Source: Omnitrophica WOR_2 bacterium RIFOXYA2_FULL_38_17 (GTDB taxonomy: Bacteria > Omnitrophota > Gorgyraeia > Zapsychrales > Zapsychraceae). Taken from it: a stretch of DNA of 64,000 nt. Under the pieces are notes generated by a model. That model searched no databases. It saw nothing but the letters and a program-made list of their open reading frames with translations, and was not told where the DNA came from. This document shows positions 53,452-61,577 of this stretch, piece by piece; position 1 is the stretch's first letter, and each line of letters opens with the position of its first letter. The translations under genes and the position numbers were made by a program. Location: positions 3,680-67,679 of the forward strand of contig MHHG01000055.1 of NCBI GenBank assembly GCA_001805965.1, written 5' to 3'.

Positions 53452-53536
53452 TTTGTGGCAACTGGCTGTCCTATTTTCTCTTAGGACCCTATAGCTTTGT
53501 GCCCCATCCTTACGAATGGTTTACCATTTACACAAC
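53452..53536 (-). ncRNA. Cyclic di-GMP-I (GEMM-I) riboswitch aptamer
   Basis: GGUAAACCAUUC-GUAA-GGAUGGGGCACAAAGCUAUAGGGUCCUAAG..AUAGGACAGCCAGUUGCC matches the GEMM-I pattern: GNRA loop on P2, receptor in P3, G20/A47/C92 equivalents. Confidence 0.9.
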
Positions 53537-53556
53537 CAACCCAAACTTTCAGTTCA

Positions 53557-53585
53557 AGTATAACATCAAAAAAAATTATTGTCAA
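53557..53585 (-). promoter_or_regulatory. Sigma70 promoter (P1) driving the riboswitch transcript
   Basis: TTGACA-N17-TATACT with TG extension, about 20 nt upstream of the aptamer. Confidence 0.8.
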
Positions 53586-53605
53586 AAAAGAGGCATTTTA
53601 CAAAC

Positions 53606-54628
53606 TTACTTGTTTTTTATTGCCTCAATTTTTTTTTGAAAATCATACACTTTCTTTATTAATACCAAGTGTTCATTCTTGATCGCAGCCAAATTTTCAG
53701 TTAATTGACGCTCTTCAGCTTCTCCACCATCTAAATTCAATTTACTGTCCTTCAATTTCTCTTTAGCAATAGAAAGTACATTGTCAAGATTATCCTTTTG
53801 TTCATTTAAAGCCGCTATTTCCTTTAATAGCTCTTCTTTGCGACTTTCTCTTTCATTACTGACATTAGCAATTTCTTTTTGTATTTTGTCTTCTTCTCCT
53901 AAAATAATCTTAAGCTCGTCTTCAACTATCAACAATTGCTGCTTCAAAAGACTTCTTTTTTTACCGATTTCTTCTACTTCAGATACTGGTCGCATATTAG
54001 TCTCTGTAACTTTGGACAATTGTCTTTGCAATCCTTCAATCTCGTTTTCGCTTCTTTCGATTTGTTCAAGCACTTGTTTCTTAATACTGTCTTCTGTGCC
54101 TTTACTTTTTTTCATATCAAAATTATCAATCTTCATTTGAATATCAGCAATATCTTTACTGACTTTATCGATTGATTGCAGAACTTCTTTTTCTTTAACT
54201 TGCTTTACATCTAATTTCTTCTCTAAAATCTGTTGCTCTCTAACAATCTTACTAACATCATCAGTTAAGCTATTCGCATTTTTCTCAAAGAACATTAGCT
54301 CCTGTTCTTCAGCATCCATATCATCAAGGCTCGCGTTCTGTACTTTCCACTTCATTTTATCTTCTTCAAGACGTATTAACTCTGTTTTTAATGTCTTGAT
54401 ATTCTCACGAAGCTTTTCATTTTCAGAAACAAGCCATATATTCTTTTGTGCAACTTCTTGGGCGCTGTTTTTCAAACTTAACAAACTATACTCAAGAACT
54501 TTTCTTGCTGATAAATTAGCTCTTCTCTCTGCATGACAAAAATCGGCATTAACTTGAATAAATATTACAGTTAAAAATAAAGTTTTTACAATTGTCGTTC
54601 TACAAACAATCTTAGTTTTTTTAAACAT
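53606..54628 (-). CDS. Exported long coiled-coil protein of unknown function
   Basis: Basic N-region plus hydrophobic core ending ..FCHA, then about 300 aa of E/K/L-rich heptads. Confidence 0.7.
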   Translation of the reverse strand: MFKKTKIVCRTTIVKTLFLTVIFIQVNADFCHAERRANLSARKVLEYSLLSLKNSAQEVAQKNIWLVSENEKLRENIKTLKTELIRLEEDKMKWKVQNASLDDMDAEEQELMFFEKNANSLTDDVSKIVREQQILEKKLDVKQVKEKEVLQSIDKVSKDIADIQMKIDNFDMKKSKGTEDSIKKQVLEQIERSENEIEGLQRQLSKVTETNMRPVSEVEEIGKKRSLLKQQLLIVEDELKIILGEEDKIQKEIANVSNERESRKEELLKEIAALNEQKDNLDNVLSIAKEKLKDSKLNLDGGEAEERQLTENLAAIKNEHLVLIKKVYDFQKKIEAIKNK

Positions 54629-54651
54629 AAATTAAACCTTCATTAAAATAT

Positions 54652-55857
54652 TTAGACAATTTGTGTAATATTCAATATAGGCATAAATAAAGCAATAACA
54701 ATAAAACCAATCACTATACCAAGAACACCTATGATCAAAGGCTCAATAATACTGGTCAAACCTTCAACGGCTGCGTCAACTTGATCATCATAAAATTCAG
54801 CTATTTTTAAAAGCATTTTTTCCATCTGGCCCGATTTCTCGCCAATACCGATCATCCTAGTGACCATAGGCGGAAATACTTTACTTTTGCTTAATGGTGT
54901 TGCAATACTTTCACCTTCGCGTACACAATTTTTTACATCTTCGACAACATCTTCAAGGACAGTGTTTCCTATAGTCTTACCAACTATATCTAGAGATTCA
55001 AGAATCGGAACACCGCTTTGTATAAGGGTAGCCAGCGTTCGACTAAAACGGCTAATCGCAACTTTACAAAAAAGCTCGCCAAAAAGAGGCATGTTCAGAA
55101 CAGCCCCATCTATAACACGAGCGCCTTTTGCCGTTCTATACCATCTTCCGATAAGAAAAACTACAAAAACAAAAAAACCAACAATCCAAATCAAATAACT
55201 CTTGAGCCCTTCACTCACTCCAATTAGCATTTGAGTCATAGCCGGCAATTCCCTATCAAAAGAATCATAAATGCCCGCAAAAGTGGGAACAACCTTAACT
55301 AATAAAATAATCGTAATAATTGTCGCCATTGATACAATTACTGAAGGATATATCAATGCGGATTTGACTTTACGTTGCAGTTTAAGCGATTTCTCCATAT
55401 ATGTGGATATGCGGTCTAATACTTGACTTAAAACACCCCCAGTCTCTCCAACTCTTACCATGTTTACAAAAAGAGTGTCAAAAACACTAGGGTGTTTATT
55501 AAAAGCAGCAGAAAGGCTTGCTCCATGCTGAATATCATCATAAACATTTGTAAGAACCTTTTGAAACAGCGGATGAGAAACCTGGTCCTTCAAAGCATCA
55601 ATACCCTGAAGTATTGGTATGCCTGCATCAACCATTGTAGCTAATTGTCTTGTAAAAATGACGATCTCATCAGGCTTTACTTTTTTTGATTGAAAAGAAG
55701 AGCCAGTAATCTTGGAATCCTTTACTTCAACAACCGAAATAATAATAAGCTTCTTTTTCCTTAAAGCTTCAATGACTGATTCTTTATTATCCGCAGCAAT
55801 CTTTCCGGTAACATTCCCTGATTCTGCATTCTTTGCAACATATTTAAAAGTTGCCAT
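54652..55857 (-). CDS. pilC: Type IV pilus platform protein PilC (GspF family)
   Basis: FTRQLATMVDAG, GETGG.L, SALIYP, GEKSG, IEP. Confidence 0.95.
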   Translation of the reverse strand: MATFKYVAKNAESGNVTGKIAADNKESVIEALRKKKLIIISVVEVKDSKITGSSFQSKKVKPDEIVIFTRQLATMVDAGIPILQGIDALKDQVSHPLFQKVLTNVYDDIQHGASLSAAFNKHPSVFDTLFVNMVRVGETGGVLSQVLDRISTYMEKSLKLQRKVKSALIYPSVIVSMATIITIILLVKVVPTFAGIYDSFDRELPAMTQMLIGVSEGLKSYLIWIVGFFVFVVFLIGRWYRTAKGARVIDGAVLNMPLFGELFCKVAISRFSRTLATLIQSGVPILESLDIVGKTIGNTVLEDVVEDVKNCVREGESIATPLSKSKVFPPMVTRMIGIGEKSGQMEKMLLKIAEFYDDQVDAAVEGLTSIIEPLIIGVLGIVIGFIVIALFMPILNITQIV

Positions 55858-55940
55858 ATTGGCCTTTCATATAAGTCATTTTTTCAAAACATAAGGAATT
55901 TTAGAGCGAAATGCTCTAGTTTTTAATTGAATACGCTGGC

Positions 55941-56399
55941 TTAATTTCCACCATAAAGATTATTCAAAGCATGATCAATTTCCATTCTAGTGGAAATAAA
56001 AGGTACTATTTCACAACTGGTATCTTGCTTTAATTCCTGAAGAACCGAAAAATCCAAAGGATTCGACATAGCAATACTTAAAATATTACCAACACAATCT
56101 AAAGGGACAACACAATACTTAAAAGCTATCTGCCTTGGGATAATATTCAAGACTTCCTGCTTTATATCATACTGATCAATTGCAATATAAGGAAGCTTAC
56201 ACTGGGCAGACAAAGCAGCAACAACGTCTTTCTCGCTTACAAATCCCAGAGTTGTTAGGATCTCCCCGATGAATCTCTTATCTTTCTTTTGAATATTCAA
56301 AGCCCGACTAAGCTGCTTCCTAACAACCATCTTTCGATTAAGCAGAATCTCTCCTAAGCGACCTTTTTTATTGACAAATATTCCAGAATCAGCAACCAT
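55941..56399 (-). CDS. Stand-alone MshEN/T2SSE_N domain protein (putative c-di-GMP receptor)
   Basis: RLGEILL..(24-aa motif)..ALNIQ, 5-aa linker, FIGEIL..LGFV..AALSAQ, then the AMSNPLD N1E subdomain; no ATPase. Confidence 0.85.
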   Translation of the reverse strand: MVADSGIFVNKKGRLGEILLNRKMVVRKQLSRALNIQKKDKRFIGEILTTLGFVSEKDVVAALSAQCKLPYIAIDQYDIKQEVLNIIPRQIAFKYCVVPLDCVGNILSIAMSNPLDFSVLQELKQDTSCEIVPFISTRMEIDHALNNLYGGN

Positions 56400-56434
56400 G
56401 GTCAGCCCCTTACATATCTGTTATCCAGATATTT

Positions 56435-56444
56435 ATTCTACCAC
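56435..56444 (-). promoter_or_regulatory. Putative extended -10 promoter for the MshEN-pilC unit
   Basis: GTGGTAGAAT (TGn-TAGAAT) 35 nt upstream of the ATG. Confidence 0.4.
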
Positions 56445-56596
56445 TAAATATATTCTTTGAAACAAGAAACTTTGGTTTAGCAATATTCCAATAAAACAAA
56501 TATTTTTTGTGCTTACTTTATATTATTATTTCTTGAAACTAGTTTACATAACCTGCTAAAAATGTTTTTCTTTTTTTGAATTTATTCTAAATCACA

Positions 56597-58303
56597 TTAT
56601 TCATCCATAGCGACTCTTAAAACCTCTTCAAGAGTTATTAACCCAGAAACACATTTCTCGATAGCATCCTCCCAAATAGTCACCATTCCGTTAACCTCAC
56701 ACGCAAACCGTTTTATCTCATCGGATGAGCATCCCCTTAATAGCATCTCCTTGATCTCATCAGTTACCTCTAATACTTCCATCAAAGCCATTCTCCCAGA
56801 ATAGCCTGTACCATGACAAGCCTCACAACCTTTTCCATGATAGAAAACTGTATTGGGCTTGAATTTATAAGTCATCTTATCCAATACTTTCTTCGATATC
56901 TCAACTTTTTCTTTACAGCGTGTACAAATTTTCCTACATAGTCTTTGTGCATTTACCAGCACAAGGCTCGATGCAACCAAAAACGGCTCAACTCCCATAT
57001 CAACCAATCTTGTCAAAGTGCCGGCAGCATCATTTGTATGAAGGGTAGAAAAGACCAACTGCCCTGTTAATGATGCTTTCACTGCTATGTCAGCTGTTTC
57101 ATTATCACGAATCTCACCAACCATTACAATATCTGGGCTCTGTCGCAATATTGCCCTTAACCCCTCAGCAAAAGTCAATCCTATTTCAGGCCTAGCCTGA
57201 ATCTGTGTCAATCCCTCGATCAAATACTCAACCGGGTCCTCGACAGTAATGATGTTCTTATCCACTGTATTGAGCTCATTAATGATTGAGTATAAAGTTG
57301 TCGATTTGCCACTGCCCGTAGGGCCAGTGACCAAGAACATACCAAACGGTTTAACGATGCCATTCTTTAAAACAGCCAGAGACTTCTCAGAAATGCCTAA
57401 GCCATCAAGCCCAACAGTCAAATTACTTTTATCCAGAACACGCATGACAATTTTCTGCCCAAATGTTGTAGGCAATAAAGAAACGCGGAAATCAATTTCT
57501 TTTCCAGCGACTTTCATCTTAAAACGTCCGTCTTGAGGGACATAATTTGAAGTTATATCCAACCTGGACATTATCTTGATTCTTACGATAACGGCATTCT
57601 GGTTTTCCTTAGGCAAATTCAGGATATCTCTCAAAATACCATCTATTCTATAACGAACTCTGACGCCATCTTCCGCTGGTTCAATATGAATATCAGAAGC
57701 TTTCTGCCTTATTGCTTCTTTGACAATAAGATTGACCATTCGGATAACAGGGGCTTTCTCTCCGTCATCTGCAGGTCCACTGCTTCCATCTTCTTCTTGA
57801 TCCATGACTATTTCGAAATCATCTACCTGAATGTCCTGAGTAATATCAGTAACACTCACGCTTTCCGGAACGCCATAATAATTATCAATTGCCTTAATGA
57901 TCTCCGTATTTGTACTCATAACCACATCGATATCTTTGCCTGTGATACTTTTTAGGTCATCAGCGATAAAAACATCTAGCGGGTCTGCAAGCGCCACCGT
58001 AAGGGTGTTCTCAAGCAGTGAAAGAGGGATTATTTTATACTGCCTTGCTACCCGCTCTGGCACGATCTCTTGCAAATAAGGGTCGATCTTATATTTGCTT
58101 AAATTAATAAACGGGATATTTAGCTCTCTTACAAGAAGCATCAAAAGGTCGTCCTCCGCTATCAGCCCTTGTTCTATCAAAGCTTTATCAAGACCAATAT
58201 TCTTTCTCTTTTGCAATACAATAGCAGCATCAAGATCTTTTTTGCTGATCTGCTGAGTCTCAATAAGTGTATTCAAAATTTTATCTTTTAATGTCTTTGC
58301 CAC
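56597..58303 (-). CDS. pilB: PilB/GspE-family assembly ATPase (downstream paralog)
   Basis: ASDIHIEP, PQDGR, GPTGSGKST, LRQSPDIVMVGEIRD, STLHTND, CTRC..CEAC. Confidence 0.92.
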   Translation of the reverse strand: MAKTLKDKILNTLIETQQISKKDLDAAIVLQKRKNIGLDKALIEQGLIAEDDLLMLLVRELNIPFINLSKYKIDPYLQEIVPERVARQYKIIPLSLLENTLTVALADPLDVFIADDLKSITGKDIDVVMSTNTEIIKAIDNYYGVPESVSVTDITQDIQVDDFEIVMDQEEDGSSGPADDGEKAPVIRMVNLIVKEAIRQKASDIHIEPAEDGVRVRYRIDGILRDILNLPKENQNAVIVRIKIMSRLDITSNYVPQDGRFKMKVAGKEIDFRVSLLPTTFGQKIVMRVLDKSNLTVGLDGLGISEKSLAVLKNGIVKPFGMFLVTGPTGSGKSTTLYSIINELNTVDKNIITVEDPVEYLIEGLTQIQARPEIGLTFAEGLRAILRQSPDIVMVGEIRDNETADIAVKASLTGQLVFSTLHTNDAAGTLTRLVDMGVEPFLVASSLVLVNAQRLCRKICTRCKEKVEISKKVLDKMTYKFKPNTVFYHGKGCEACHGTGYSGRMALMEVLEVTDEIKEMLLRGCSSDEIKRFACEVNGMVTIWEDAIEKCVSGLITLEEVLRVAMDE

Positions 58304-60072
58304 TACTTCTTCTTTTCCTCATCAGGTGATGTTAATCTCAAAACCTCTTCTATTGTTGTTAACCCATCTACTGCTTTCACCAAGCCATCTTCTCTCATAG
58401 TCCGCATACCTTCTTGACGTGCAACTTGTTTTATCTTTACTTCGCCTACCCGCGCCAAGACAGCCTCTTTCACTTTTTGGCTGAATACAAGGATTTCAGT
58501 GATACCAACCCGCCCCTTATAGCCAGTATTAAAACATTGCTTACATCCTTTTGGCCTCATAACTTCTATATTCTGTTTAGGATATAATTTATCAAGCCCA
58601 ACTTTTGAAGCTATCTCCGGAGTAACTATATAAGGCTCACAACATTTCGGGCAGACCTTTCTTAATAGCCTTTGGGCAATGATAGCCAACACAGAAGAAC
58701 ATATTAAAAATGGCTCAATACCCATATTCATCATACGGACTATTGAACCCGCAGCTGTTGTAGTGTGAAGAGAACTCAAAACAAGGTGTCCAGTCAAAGC
58801 AGCCTTAACCGCAATATCTAATGTTTCTTTGTCGCGGATCTCTCCTATCATGATAATATCCGGGTCTTGCCTGAGAATTGATCTTAGACTTGAAGAAAAA
58901 GTTAAGCCCATCTTTGCCTTTATATTAACTTGATTGACCCCTTTCATCTGGTACTCTACAGGGTCCTCAACCGTAACAATATTTTTTTCTGGAGAATCTA
59001 CATACTTTAGAATTGAATAAAGCGTTGTCGTCTTACCGCTTCCAGTGGGACCACAAGTTAAAATCAAGCCATGCGGCTTTACAGCGCAGTCCTTTAAGCG
59101 CTGCAAAGCAGTTGCTTCAAACCCTAAATTTTCAACATCAAGCACTGTTCCCTGCTGGTCCAAGACTCTCAACACAATTTTTTCGCCAACAGCAGTAGGC
59201 AAAACATTAACGCGAAAGTCAACCTCTCTGTCACCTGAAATTATCGTCTTAAACCTTCCATCTTGAGGCAACCTGTGTTCTGAAATATCTAAATTTGAAA
59301 TGACCTTTATTCTTGAAACCAATGGAAAATGCAACACTTTTGTCATTCGATCAATCTCTCGAATGACCCCATCAATCCTGTACCTGATGCGGACTGCTTT
59401 TTCTAATGGCTCTATGAACACATCGCTAGCTTTCGCAAACACTGCTTGCTGAATTATCGTGTCTGTTAACTTAATAATCGGCGCCTCGTCAGATATTGCC
59501 TCAACAGATGACTGCTCATCACTGTGTCCATCTTTAATTAATTCAAGGTCTTCAGTATCTCTAAAATCTTGAATGATCTCATCAAAGGTCTCATTATTTT
59601 TTTCCTGCTCTGGACTTTCCTGATCCTGCTCATCCTCATGCTTCAAATAATATTTCTCAATAGCTTTATGAATATCTGCAAACCTGCATATAATAGGAAT
59701 GATCATATAGCCTGTAAGAGCCTTAACATTATCTATTATAAATATGTTCAACGGATCCGCCATCGCGAGGGTCAGCTGATCTCCCAAGAGAGAAACAGGT
59801 ATAATTTGATATTTTAGTGCAATATCTTTTGGAATAGTTTGAATTACATCTGGCGAGATATTAAAACTAGCGATCTTAATTAAGGGAAGCTCAAGGCTTT
59901 CACTCAACACTTGGGTCAACTGGTCTTGACTCACAAAATTCATATCAACAAGTATCTTACTTAATTCTCCGCCTATTTTCTTTTGCTCAATTAACGCTTG
60001 CTCTAGCTCATTGGCGGTAATAAGTTCATCTCGAATAAGAATTTCTTTTAAGCGGTCTTTAAAAGATGCCAT
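58303..60072 (-). CDS. pilB: PilB/GspE-family assembly ATPase (upstream paralog)
   Basis: ASDVFIEP, PQDGR, GPTGSGKTT, LRQDPDIIMIGEIRD, SSLHT, CPKC..CKQC. Confidence 0.92.
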   Translation of the reverse strand: MASFKDRLKEILIRDELITANELEQALIEQKKIGGELSKILVDMNFVSQDQLTQVLSESLELPLIKIASFNISPDVIQTIPKDIALKYQIIPVSLLGDQLTLAMADPLNIFIIDNVKALTGYMIIPIICRFADIHKAIEKYYLKHEDEQDQESPEQEKNNETFDEIIQDFRDTEDLELIKDGHSDEQSSVEAISDEAPIIKLTDTIIQQAVFAKASDVFIEPLEKAVRIRYRIDGVIREIDRMTKVLHFPLVSRIKVISNLDISEHRLPQDGRFKTIISGDREVDFRVNVLPTAVGEKIVLRVLDQQGTVLDVENLGFEATALQRLKDCAVKPHGLILTCGPTGSGKTTTLYSILKYVDSPEKNIVTVEDPVEYQMKGVNQVNIKAKMGLTFSSSLRSILRQDPDIIMIGEIRDKETLDIAVKAALTGHLVLSSLHTTTAAGSIVRMMNMGIEPFLICSSVLAIIAQRLLRKVCPKCCEPYIVTPEIASKVGLDKLYPKQNIEVMRPKGCKQCFNTGYKGRVGITEILVFSQKVKEAVLARVGEVKIKQVARQEGMRTMREDGLVKAVDGLTTIEEVLRLTSPDEEKKK

Positions 60073-60521
60073 TATTTTTGTTTATAGTATTTTTCAATGG
60101 ATTGTTTAATATCAGTAGTAGTGCTTACAAAGACCTGAACAATACATCCTGTCATAAGTTCAATATCTTCTGAAGCTTTTAGATTCAACGGGTCAGACAT
60201 TGCTATTGTTAAACTTTTACCTATCTTATCAATCGGAATAAGACAAAACTGCCTGCACACTTTTTCGGGGATCGCATTTATAACTTCATCATCAATTTCA
60301 TAATTCAGTAAGGGCAAATAAGGAAAGCCATACTGACATGTTATTGCCTGTGCAATATCTTTCTCTGTAGCAAAATTCAACTCAACAAGAACTTCACCTA
60401 TCAATCCACCATGCTTTTCCCTGTATTCCAGAGCCTCTTCTATTTGGGCATGATTTATAACTCCTCTTTCGATAAGAAGTTCTCCCAGTTTTTTATGTGT
60501 ATCTCTATTGAATTGTTTCAT
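60072..60521 (-). CDS. Second stand-alone MshEN/T2SSE_N domain protein
   Basis: KLGELLIERGVI..ALEYR, 5-aa linker, LIGEVLVEL..AITCQ, AMSDPLN; real TAA stop overlapping the pilB ATG. Confidence 0.85.
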   Translation of the reverse strand: MKQFNRDTHKKLGELLIERGVINHAQIEEALEYREKHGGLIGEVLVELNFATEKDIAQAITCQYGFPYLPLLNYEIDDEVINAIPEKVCRQFCLIPIDKIGKSLTIAMSDPLNLKASEDIELMTGCIVQVFVSTTTDIKQSIEKYYKQK

Positions 60522-60563
60522 TGAAATCTAAAACTGATTTTTATAGTGTTATTAAGCAGAGTA

Positions 60564-60592
60564 ATTCTACTATACTTATAAAAACATAACAA
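60564..60592 (-). promoter_or_regulatory. Putative sigma70 promoter for MshEN-pilB-pilB
   Basis: TTGTTA-N17-TAGAAT. Confidence 0.45.
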
Positions 60593-60700
60593 TTAGTAAT
60601 TAACAGTTTATTAAAAATATACCAAAATTCTTAACGCTCGTTAAATTCAAAATATCTCTTTTTTTGTGTAAAATAAACTAAAAACATCCTACAACTTTTA

Positions 60701-61069
60701 TTATCCGGTCAATCTTTTAATGCTGGAAAGCAGTTCCTCAGGATTGTAAGGCTTCATTAAATATTCATCAGCGCCCGCTTCTTTCCCCCAGAACTTGTCG
60801 CTCTCCGAAGTTTTAGCGGTTAAAAGTATAACCGGAATATGTGCTGTTTCAAGGCCATCTTTTATCATACGACAAACCTTATATCCGTTTGGAGCGGGCA
60901 TCATAACATCCAAAATTACCAGGTCTGGATGATATTCTTTGGTTAAACTTAAAGCCTCTTCGCCATTGGTTCCAGTGATTATTTCATATCCGTTCGCTTT
61001 TAAACGCAAACTTATCAGTTTAACAATCTCAGGCTCATCATCAATAATTAATATCTTTTTTCCCGACAT
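60701..61069 (-). CDS. Single-domain response regulator (receiver only)
   Basis: ILIIDD, LDVMMP phospho-Asp, LLTA, KP. Confidence 0.93.
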   Translation of the reverse strand: MSGKKILIIDDEPEIVKLISLRLKANGYEIITGTNGEEALSLTKEYHPDLVILDVMMPAPNGYKVCRMIKDGLETAHIPVILLTAKTSESDKFWGKEAGADEYLMKPYNPEELLSSIKRLTG

Positions 61070-61146
61070 ATTTTCCTTTCAGAAACATATGAATTATCAA
61101 CACCTGCATTTATAAAAAGCTGTCAAGTGTTGATACAGAATGATGA

Positions 61147-61521
61147 TCATTTTTCCTTTAAAATATGTTCAATAATATCTATCCGGCTAACAATTCCAAC
61201 AACCTTTTTTTCCTTTATTACAGGCACTCTCTTTATATTCTTTTTAACCAGCAACCTACTGACATCTTCAACCAAATCATCCTCACTAATACTAATAACA
61301 TCCTTCGAATAAAACTCCTTAACGAGAGCATCCTTTGACCCAAGAAAATCATATGCAACTAAAAAATCCTTTTCAGTAACTACTCCGACAGCCTCCAGAT
61401 TATCATTAACAACTATTAGACCGCTTATATTATTTGACAAAAGAAGCCGCATCCCTTCTTCAATCTTAGCCTCTGGCTTTATAGTTACTACGTTAGTGGT
61501 CATAATATCCTTTGCTTGCAT
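61147..61521 (-). CDS. Stand-alone CBS-pair protein
   Basis: AKDIMT..VVTI, GVVTEKD, IKRVPV, GIVSRID. Confidence 0.92.
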   Translation of the reverse strand: MQAKDIMTTNVVTIKPEAKIEEGMRLLLSNNISGLIVVNDNLEAVGVVTEKDFLVAYDFLGSKDALVKEFYSKDVISISEDDLVEDVSRLLVKKNIKRVPVIKEKKVVGIVSRIDIIEHILKEK

Positions 61522-61577
61522 AATTTACCTCCAATGATCTTAAAAAGTTTTTTTAAAAACAGCATTAAATATGTAAG

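Noticed and set aside
53452-53536. Riboswitch as the 3',3'-cGAMP (GEMM-Ib) variant
   Set aside because: The specificity position is G (GGUAAA), not A
53238-53682. Plus-strand ORFs 53238-53429 and 53497-53682
   Set aside because: Antisense to the riboswitch, promoters and small ORF, with TTG starts and no family features
60060-60085. Free MshEN gene and pilB as one frameshifted gene
   Set aside because: A clean TAATG stop/start overlap, no obvious slippery site, and the PilB already has its own N-terminal domain; read-level confirmation would still be useful
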